From an uncultured Cardiobacteriales bacterium (GTDB lineage: Bacteria; Pseudomonadota; Gammaproteobacteria; CAYWWW01): a stretch of DNA of 64,000 nt. Both the position numbers and the translations under genes were made by a program. A model generated the notes under the pieces. That model saw only the letters and a list, made by a program, of their open reading frames with translations. It did no database searches and had not been told where the DNA came from. Positions 57,091 to 64,000 of this stretch are shown here, piece by piece. The stretch is taken from contig CAYWWW010000009.1 of the NCBI GenBank assembly GCA_964462205.1, positions 40,455 to 104,454 on the forward strand, read 5' to 3'. Every line of letters begins with the position of its first letter. The stretch's first letter is position 1.

Positions 57091-58711
57091 TATGTAAAGG
57101 ATGACGTCGTCCCAAACCGAAGGCATTGGGCGATAACCTTGGCCCAGGAGCCGATTGAAAGCGTTTGAATTCATTGCGATTCACCAAGTCAAGCAAGGCT
57201 TTGGCTTCAGGAAAATCAGCCTCTAATTGCGCAAGGCTTTGCCGATGTTCTAAGTAACGCACCAAAAAAGCATCCAGATGCGGATAAGGTGGCAGATTAT
57301 CTTGATCTTGTTGATTTTCTCGCAACTCTGCTGTCGGCGGACGATCAATAACGGCTTGCGGAATCACTAAACGCTGTTGATTGAAGAAGTTCGCCAAACG
57401 ATAAACATCGGTTTTGTATAAATCTTTTAAGGGCGCAAAAGCACCGCACATATCGCCATACAATGTCGCGTAACCGGTAGCGTATTCGCTTTTATTACCC
57501 GTAGTGAGTAACAAGGCATTTTTTTCCGCCGCCAATGCCATCAAAAGCATTCCGCGCAGCCGCGATTGGGCATTTTCTAGGGTTAAGGTTTTTTCTGGGT
57601 TTAAGGTCTGTTGCAACCAAGCAAAACCTTCGCTAATGCTATGAATTTCAAAATTTACATTTAAGAGTTGGACTTGCTCCTCGGCCAGGGTTTTACTCAA
57701 GGCAGAGGTATAGGGTGAAGGCAAAAACACTGCCGTAACCGCTTCTTTCCCCAAGGCTGCCACCGCTAAAGCCAATACTAAAGCCGAATCAATACCGCCG
57801 GACAAACCAAGAATGGCTTTTGTAAAGCCGGCTTGTCGCCAATATTCTTGAATTGCAAAGACTAATGCCTGCTGCAAACGCGCTAGATCGGTGTCATGAG
57901 CAGTCGCCTCCACCTCGGCCAGTAAGGAAAAATAAGCCGGTGCCGCCGGCAAAGGTAAAGGTGCTGGCAGGGTTGCTAAAGGCCAAGTAATCATTAACTG
58001 CTGTTTCTGAAAAACGCCGGCATGGCTTACTACGCTGCCTTTTTCATCAATAACTTGACTGTCGCCATCAAAAAGCCATTCTTCTTGCGCCGCACTGTAA
58101 TTGACATAAAACAAAGGCACTGGCAATTGCGCTTGCACCTCGGCAAAACGAAGCCTGCGTTTTGCGGATTTATGCAACTCAAAGGGAGACGCATTGAGAA
58201 CCAATAAAGCATCGGGATGCTTTGGAATAAGCTGTTGAATTGGTTCATCTTGCCAGATGTCTTCGCAGATCAAGATGCCAAAACGCTGTCCTTGCCAAGA
58301 TAAAATATAAGGATCGTCGCCGGTTAAAAAATAACGGGGTTCATCAAAAATATCATCAAAGGCAAGGCATTGTTTACGATAAATAAATTGACCATTGCCA
58401 CCTTGCAAGAAATACGCAGCATTATAAATTCCCTGCTCAGTAAATTCCGGTGCGCCAAGTAATAATCCGCCTTGGGGATAGGTTAAACTATGTTTCTGTA
58501 ACAGGCTTAACTTTTCTTGAATATTTTCATGGCGTTGCTGAAGCCAAAGATCATCTTTGGGGGGATAACCGAAAAGTGCTAATTCCGGGAAAATAATCAA
58601 GGCATCGGGATGCTGCTGCCAGATTTTTTGGCTTATGTCAATAATTTTCTCGGCGTTTTCCTGAAGCGCTCCCCAGCGAAAATCCTCTTGAATCAAGCAT
58701 AAACAACTCAT
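57077..58711 (-). CDS. nadE: glutamine-dependent NAD+ synthetase (nitrilase domain + NadE)
   Basis: N-terminal CN-hydrolase domain and C-terminal PP-loop SGGIDS. Start taken at the internal Met to remove the overlap with sucD. Confidence 0.85.
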   Translation of the reverse strand: MSCLCLIQEDFRWGALQENAEKIIDISQKIWQQHPDALIIFPELALFGYPPKDDLWLQQRHENIQEKLSLLQKHSLTYPQGGLLLGAPEFTEQGIYNAAYFLQGGNGQFIYRKQCLAFDDIFDEPRYFLTGDDPYILSWQGQRFGILICEDIWQDEPIQQLIPKHPDALLVLNASPFELHKSAKRRLRFAEVQAQLPVPLFYVNYSAAQEEWLFDGDSQVIDEKGSVVSHAGVFQKQQLMITWPLATLPAPLPLPAAPAYFSLLAEVEATAHDTDLARLQQALVFAIQEYWRQAGFTKAILGLSGGIDSALVLALAVAALGKEAVTAVFLPSPYTSALSKTLAEEQVQLLNVNFEIHSISEGFAWLQQTLNPEKTLTLENAQSRLRGMLLMALAAEKNALLLTTGNKSEYATGYATLYGDMCGAFAPLKDLYKTDVYRLANFFNQQRLVIPQAVIDRPPTAELRENQQDQDNLPPYPHLDAFLVRYLEHRQSLAQLEADFPEAKALLDLVNRNEFKRFQSAPGPRLSPNAFGLGRRHPLHIILG

Positions 58712-59574
58712 GCGCAAGTAACCAAAGCAGCCGGGGAAGTTAAAATCGTCACACCCGCCGCAGCCAAGGCTTGGCATTTACCAGCAGCAGTACCCGCGCT
58801 ACCAGCGATAATCGCACCGGCATGTCCCATGCGTCGGCCAGGAGGCGCGGTGGCACCAGCGATATAAGCGGCGACCGGTTTGGGATAACCACCAGGATAG
58901 TTTTTTAACCAAGCCGCCGTTTGCTCTTCTTCTAAGCCGCCAATTTCACCGATCAATAGCACTTGTTGGGTTTGTTCATCTTGAGCAAAAGCTGCTAAAA
59001 CTTCTATAAAACCAATGCCATGAATGGGATCACCGCCAATACCAATACAGGTGCTTTGGCCAAGGCCGGCGGCGGTGGTTTGCGCTACGGCTTCATAGGT
59101 TAAGGTGCCAGAACGCGAGACAATACCGACTACGCCTTTTTGATGAATAGACCCAGGCATAATGCCGATTTTACAAGCACCTGGCGTGATCATCCCTGGA
59201 CAATTCGGGCCTATCAGCCGTGCCTGTGGAAAAGCGCGCAAAGCCTGTTTAACCCGGCGCATGTCCTGCACTGGAATGCCTTCGGTGATGCAAACAATCC
59301 ACTGAATGCCAGCGGCAGCAGCTTCTAAAATCGCATCGGCGGCAAAAGGCGCGGGCACATAGATCATCGTCGCCTGGGCAGCGGTCTGTGCCACCGCTTC
59401 AGCTACCGTGTCAAATACGGGTAAGTTTAAGTGTAATTGTCCACCTTTGCCGGGCGTAATCCCGCCAACGAGTTGCGTGCCATAGGCCAAGGCTTGTTCG
59501 GAATGAAAAGTGCCTTGTTTGCCGGTAAATCCCTGGCAGATGACTTTGGTTTTTTCGTTAATAAAAATGCTCAT
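58708..59574 (-). CDS. sucD: succinyl-CoA synthetase alpha subunit
   Basis: 288 aa with full-length SucD pattern including the phospho-His region. Confidence 0.9.
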   Translation of the reverse strand: MSIFINEKTKVICQGFTGKQGTFHSEQALAYGTQLVGGITPGKGGQLHLNLPVFDTVAEAVAQTAAQATMIYVPAPFAADAILEAAAAGIQWIVCITEGIPVQDMRRVKQALRAFPQARLIGPNCPGMITPGACKIGIMPGSIHQKGVVGIVSRSGTLTYEAVAQTTAAGLGQSTCIGIGGDPIHGIGFIEVLAAFAQDEQTQQVLLIGEIGGLEEEQTAAWLKNYPGGYPKPVAAYIAGATAPPGRRMGHAGAIIAGSAGTAAGKCQALAAAGVTILTSPAALVTCA

Positions 59575-59585
59575 TTTATAAACCT

Positions 59586-60737
59586 TTAGACTGAATTTTT
59601 GAGTTCAACTGCCAAACGCACCGCTTGATCAAGGTCGTTTTCACTGTGAATGGCCAAGCCGCTGTTTTTTAGTAAACTTTGTCCAATATCGCTGTTGGTG
59701 CCAACCAAACGTACCACCAAAGGCACATGCAAAGCGGTTTTTTCCACAGCGGCGATAATGCCTTGCGCGATCCAATCGCAGCGCACTATGCCACCGAAGA
59801 TATTGACTAATATGACTTTTACTGAAGTATCGCTTAATAAAATATGAAAAGCAGCTTCGACTTTTTCGGCATTGGTGCCACCGCCAACATCAAGAAAATT
59901 CGCGGGTTTTCCGCCGTGTAAAGCGATCAAATCCATCGTTGCCATCGCTAAACCGGCACCGTTGACCATGCAGGCAATATCGCCTTCTAAACGAATGTAA
60001 TTCAAACCAAGATTTTGTGCCTCACGTTCAGAAGATAAATCCTGTTGAAAATCATATTGTTCAGCGAGTTCTTTTTGGCGAAAAACGGCATTGTCATCTA
60101 TTAAAAGTTTAACATCGGCTAAATACCATTGTTGATCGGCCGTTCGCACCAGGGGATTGACTTCTAAAAGCATGGCATCAGCAGCAATAAAGGCTTGATA
60201 AGCCGCATGAAATATTGGCCACAAGGCTTTGGCAAAAGCGATGTTACCAAAGAATACAGCAATATTGCGCACTTGATATGGCAATAGACCAAATTCAGCA
60301 TCTATTTGAAAATCTAAAAATTCTTCTGATGGCAATGTTTCAATAGCCATACCGCCTTGCTTAGCCACCAATAGACGCAGGCCAGCCGTCTCACGGTCAA
60401 TATTGAAGCTAAAATAAAATTCTTGTTCAATAGTCAAACAAGGCTCAAGCAAAATCGCTTTGACTGGCAAAGCTCTTTCGCCAGTTTGTTGATTTTGAAA
60501 TGATTTTCCAATCCAACTTTCGGCAAAAACTTTGGCTTCGCTAAGACTTTGCATGACTTTTACGCCACCCGCCGCACCGCGACCACCAGCATGTATTTGA
60601 ATTTTCATAACCCAAGGCAGAGGCATAACCGATAGCATAGCGTCAAGTTGGTCAAAATGTGTTAAAAGATGACCGGAAGGAACAGGACAAGAAAATTTTT
60701 TAAGAAAGTTTTTTGCTTGATATTCGTGAAAATACAT
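59586..60737 (-). CDS. sucC: succinyl-CoA synthetase beta subunit
   Basis: 383 aa with ATP-grasp N-terminus (HEYQAK...[12 protein letters not shown]). Confidence 0.9.
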   Translation of the reverse strand: MYFHEYQAKNFLKKFSCPVPSGHLLTHFDQLDAMLSVMPLPWVMKIQIHAGGRGAAGGVKVMQSLSEAKVFAESWIGKSFQNQQTGERALPVKAILLEPCLTIEQEFYFSFNIDRETAGLRLLVAKQGGMAIETLPSEEFLDFQIDAEFGLLPYQVRNIAVFFGNIAFAKALWPIFHAAYQAFIAADAMLLEVNPLVRTADQQWYLADVKLLIDDNAVFRQKELAEQYDFQQDLSSEREAQNLGLNYIRLEGDIACMVNGAGLAMATMDLIALHGGKPANFLDVGGGTNAEKVEAAFHILLSDTSVKVILVNIFGGIVRCDWIAQGIIAAVEKTALHVPLVVRLVGTNSDIGQSLLKNSGLAIHSENDLDQAVRLAVELKNSV

Positions 60738-60856
60738 TAGGTTATTTTTCCTATCTAAGTGGACTTACATAAAGATACAGCAGTAATTCGCTGAAATATA
60801 AGTTTCGTTGTCGCGCATTGCATTTTAAGTGTAATAGAAATTTACTTTACCTGACT

Positions 60857-61087
60857 ATGATACGCATCTTATTTTTTCTCTTGATTGTTTTCATTGTCTT
60901 GATTTTACTAGCACGCATTTTGCGCTTTCACAAAAAGCAGCAGCAAAAAACGCTGAAACAAGGACAAAAGCTGGTTCCTTGTGCCTATTGCAAGCGTTAT
61001 CTGCCAGTGCAACATGCTGTGGCAATGGATAAAAAACACTTTTGCAACTTAGATCATTATCAAAAGTATCAAAAAGATGCAAAATAA
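60857..61087 (+). CDS. small membrane-anchored zinc-ribbon (TRASH/MYND-like) protein upstream of pilS
   Basis: One TM helix, then C-x2-C ... H-x-C-x3-H (PCAYCKRY...HFCNLDH). Its 3' end overlaps the pilS start. Confidence 0.35.
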   Translation: MIRILFFLLIVFIVLILLARILRFHKKQQQKTLKQGQKLVPCAYCKRYLPVQHAVAMDKKHFCNLDHYQKYQKDAK

Positions 61088-62681
61088 TCCGGTCTGGCAA
61101 ATTCACAGCCTCCACAACCATTGGCAACAATTACGGATTTTTAATATCTATCGGATTACGGCGGCTTCGGTGTTACTGGTGGCTTTTCTTTTTAAGATCA
61201 GCGCTGAAACATTGGGGCAGTTTAACCCGGAAATGTATTTTACCGCGTTAATTGTTTACCTTTTTTTATCGCTGCTTGGTGCATTTACCAGTCATTTTCG
61301 CACGCCACCATTTATCAGTCAGATTTATCTTTTCTTTTTGATAGATCTCATTTTTTTAACTTTTTTAATTCATAGTAGTAGCGGACTTGGTAGCGGCATT
61401 GGGATTCTGTTGATTGTGAGTGTCGCCGGTAATGCTTTATTACATCCAGGACAATATGCTTTTCTTTTTGCAGCAGTTGCCACCTTGGCCTTATTTATGG
61501 AAGCATTTTATACAACGTATTTTTACCATATTCCCCTAGAAAGCTTCAATGGTTACAGCCAGATAGCGCTACATGGTTTGGCTTTCTTTAGTACCGCTGT
61601 TATCAGCAATGCTTTAAGCAAACGTGCAGAAAAAAGTGAAAAAATCGCCTTAGAACAAGGATACGATCTCGCTAATTTAGAAATTTTAAGTGCGCGCATC
61701 ATTCAAGAATTTAGTTCTGGTGTTATTGCATTAGATCATGAAGGAAAGGTGCGTTTATTAAATCAAGCGGCAGAACAAATGTTGGCAGAACCCATTCCCA
61801 TACGTCCACATTTGCGGATTTTGCAAACACAACTTTTTGAAAAATGGCAACTTTGGCGAAAAGAACCCGAACAAAAAACGTTTCTATTAGAACTGAAAAA
61901 TAAAAAAATTGATATTCGTTTTTTATCTTTAGGCGTTTCCCCTCGCGCTGGTACCTTGATTTTTATGGAAGACCGGCAAGTGCTCCAGAAGCGTTTACAA
62001 CAAGATAAACTCGCTGCTATTGGCCGTTTAACGGCGAGTATTGCCCATGAAATTCGTAATCCCTTAGGCGCTATCAGTCATGCAGCACAATTATTGGCTG
62101 AAAATCCAAAACTGAAAAAAAGCGATCAGCGTTTTATTGAAATTATTTTAGAACACAGTAAACGCATGAATCGGATTATTATGGATATCTTACAATTATC
62201 CAGCAGTCGTGCCGGTCAAGGGGAATGGTTTTATCTTTTAGAGTGGATATTAAAATTTAAGGAATCTTTATTACTTTCTCAGCATTTAGAACATAGTCAA
62301 GTAAAACTTTACTGGCCGGATCATAAAGAAAAAATTACTATCTATTTCGACAAACATCATTTACAACAAATTCTTTATAATCTTTGTCAAAATGCCATTC
62401 GCCACGGCACGCCAGCGGATAGCACGGCCTGTATTTTTATAAAAATTTATTTATTGAACAAGATGTTGCATATCGGTGTTTATGATCGTGGCCAAGGCGT
62501 AGAGAAGAAAATTTTACCGCATCTCTTTGAACCTTTTGCCACCAGCCGCAGCGATGGTTCTGGCCTTGGTCTTTATTTATCAAGAGAACTGGCACAATTG
62601 AATAAAGCCGAGTTAGAATACCAACCACAAAGCAATGGTAGTGCTTTTATCCTTTTGATATCAGAATATAAAATTTTATAA
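61077..62681 (+). CDS. pilS: PilS-like sensor histidine kinase
   Basis: Multi-TM N-terminus, H-box (ASIAHEIRNPLGAI), N/G1/G2 boxes, and adjacent to a PilR-type regulator. Confidence 0.75.
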   Translation: MQNNPVWQIHSLHNHWQQLRIFNIYRITAASVLLVAFLFKISAETLGQFNPEMYFTALIVYLFLSLLGAFTSHFRTPPFISQIYLFFLIDLIFLTFLIHSSSGLGSGIGILLIVSVAGNALLHPGQYAFLFAAVATLALFMEAFYTTYFYHIPLESFNGYSQIALHGLAFFSTAVISNALSKRAEKSEKIALEQGYDLANLEILSARIIQEFSSGVIALDHEGKVRLLNQAAEQMLAEPIPIRPHLRILQTQLFEKWQLWRKEPEQKTFLLELKNKKIDIRFLSLGVSPRAGTLIFMEDRQVLQKRLQQDKLAAIGRLTASIAHEIRNPLGAISHAAQLLAENPKLKKSDQRFIEIILEHSKRMNRIIMDILQLSSSRAGQGEWFYLLEWILKFKESLLLSQHLEHSQVKLYWPDHKEKITIYFDKHHLQQILYNLCQNAIRHGTPADSTACIFIKIYLLNKMLHIGVYDRGQGVEKKILPHLFEPFATSRSDGSGLGLYLSRELAQLNKAELEYQPQSNGSAFILLISEYKIL

Positions 62682-62688
62682 AAAGACT

Positions 62689-64000
62689 ATGGCAGCAACT
62701 ATTTTAATTGTGGATGATGAAGCCGATATTCGTGAATTATTGAGTTTAACCGTCCACCGCATGGCTCTACAAAGCAAAGTTGCCGGCAGTATCAACGAAG
62801 CCTTAAACATTCTTGAAAAAGAAGCGGTAGATTTATGCTTAACCGACTTGCGCCTACCCGATGGCAATGGGCTAGAATTGATTGAAAGCATTCAGAAAAA
62901 TCATCCAAAGTTACCAGTAGCTGTTTTAACTGCTTATGGCAGTGTCGAATCGGCAGTGCAAGCCTTAAAACTGGGCGCTTTTGACTTCATTACCAAGCCT
63001 ATCAATATTCAGTCTTTACGCGATATTATCAGCAACGCCTTAAAACTTTCAGAAACAAAACAAAAAGATACACTTAGTTTACCGAATGGTCAGCAGTTGA
63101 TTGGCAAAAGCTCCATCATGAAAGGCTTGCAAGAAACCATAAAGAAAGTCTCCCGCAGCCAAGCGCCTGTGTATATTCACGGTGAATCTGGCACTGGTAA
63201 GGAATTGATTGCTAAACTTATTCATCATCACAGTGCGCGACAGGAACAGCCTTTTATTCCCATCAACTGCGGTGCTATTCCACCGGAATTATTGGAAAGT
63301 GAATTTTTTGGTCATAAAAAAGGCAGTTTTACCGGCGCACAACAGGATAAAACTGGCTTATTTCAAGCGGCACATGGCGGCACCTTATTTTTAGATGAAG
63401 TAGCTGATTTACCGCTACATATGCAGGTCAAACTGCTACGCACCTTGCAAGAAAAAACCATCCGTCCCATCGGGAGCACCCAAGAAACGCTGGTAGATGT
63501 GCGGATCATCAGCGCTAGTCATAAAAATTTAAGTGATTTGGTTGCCAAAAGCCAATTTCGAGAAGATTTATACTATCGAATCAATGTAATACAAGTAAAA
63601 AGTCCTAGTCTGCGCGAAAGACCAGAAGACATTCCACTGCTGACCGAATACTTATTACAAAAAATAGAAAAGCAACAGGGACTACGTTTAACCATCAGCA
63701 ACCTGGCTTTGGCGGCGTTGTCCAAGCATCCCTTTCGCGGCAATGTGCGTGAATTAGAAAATGCCTTGGAACGTGCAGCGGCTTTATGTGAAAATGCCTA
63801 TATCACTGAAAAAGATTTGGCTTTACCGGCAGTGCAAGCCGAGGTAGCACAGGAAACAGATACGCCCGCACCAGAGCAAAATACTAGGCATCCCAATGAA
63901 AAAGAACGTATTCTAAGCGCTTTGGATGAAACCCGTTGGAACCGACAAGCTGCTGCCAAAAAGCTCGGAATCACCCCACGACAATTGCGTTATCGTATGC
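62689..64000 (+). CDS. pilR: PilR-like sigma-54-dependent response regulator (3' end beyond window)
   Basis: REC domain (ILIVDDEADIRE), sigma-54 AAA+ domain (GESGTGKE, GAFTGA-like ESEFFGHKKGSFTGA) and start of the Fis-type HTH. No stop before the window end. Confidence 0.85.
   Translation, partial: MAATILIVDDEADIRELLSLTVHRMALQSKVAGSINEALNILEKEAVDLCLTDLRLPDGNGLELIESIQKNHPKLPVAVLTAYGSVESAVQALKLGAFDFITKPINIQSLRDIISNALKLSETKQKDTLSLPNGQQLIGKSSIMKGLQETIKKVSRSQAPVYIHGESGTGKELIAKLIHHHSARQEQPFIPINCGAIPPELLESEFFGHKKGSFTGAQQDKTGLFQAAHGGTLFLDEVADLPLHMQVKLLRTLQEKTIRPIGSTQETLVDVRIISASHKNLSDLVAKSQFREDLYYRINVIQVKSPSLRERPEDIPLLTEYLLQKIEKQQGLRLTISNLALAALSKHPFRGNVRELENALERAAALCENAYITEKDLALPAVQAEVAQETDTPAPEQNTRHPNEKERILSALDETRWNRQAAAKKLGITPRQLRYRM

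Noticed and set aside
1-64000. Search for tRNA, rRNA or CRISPR arrays
   Set aside because: No cloverleaf-compatible intergenic segments and no regularly spaced direct repeats were seen. Intergenic regions are short and explained by promoters and terminators.

Overview
This 64-kb window looks like the chromosome of a gammaproteobacterial chemolithoautotroph. Gene content resembles Thiotrichales/Chromatiales-type sulfur oxidisers. GC is about 45-50%, with two AT-rich segments.

The centrepiece is a complete alpha-carboxysome (cso) locus on the minus strand. In transcription order it reads: form IA RuBisCO cbbL-cbbS, csoS2, csoS3/CsoSCA, csoS4A, csoS4B and two near-identical csoS1 copies. These are followed by a bacterioferritin-like gene, a pterin-dehydratase-like acRAF candidate and a novel repeat-rich disordered ORF. 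Next come cbbO (VWA domain) and a translationally coupled sbtA/sbtB-like bicarbonate-transporter/P-II pair. An AT-rich, apparently horizontally acquired Type III-like restriction-modification island follows; it carries Mod, a separate putative PD-(D/E)xK nuclease ORF and a short DEAH-helicase Res. The locus ends with cbbQ and a LysR (CbbR-like) regulator.

Upstream of cbbL sit a stand-alone degenerate receiver-domain gene and a GT2 processive glycosyltransferase. Further upstream, on the other side of those two genes, is a bufferin-type RiPP metallophore cluster: a DUF2282 precursor, a DUF692/MNIO enzyme and a DUF2063 partner. An ECF sigma/NrsF-like anti-sigma pair and a DoxX gene accompany it. 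Two GTAACC-N16-CGAA sigmaF-type promoter motifs are present; one drives bufA, the other drives doxX.

The rest is mostly housekeeping and pilus genes. These are nth, rnfABCDGE, a CaCA antiporter, metG, mrp/apbC, dcd and fabA, then a Uma2-family endonuclease with a tiny Rpn-like ORF, an orphan DUF2442 and rsuA. An orphan TIR-domain protein has an uncharacterised C-terminal domain. The minor-pilin operon fimT-pilV-pilW-pilX-pilY1 follows, then cbpA, a BFD-like 2Fe-2S protein, cmoB/cmoA, chrA, nadE, sucDC and pilS-pilR (pilR truncated by the window end). A YceI-cytochrome b561-YceI operon lies at the left end.

No rRNA, tRNA or CRISPR arrays were recognised.
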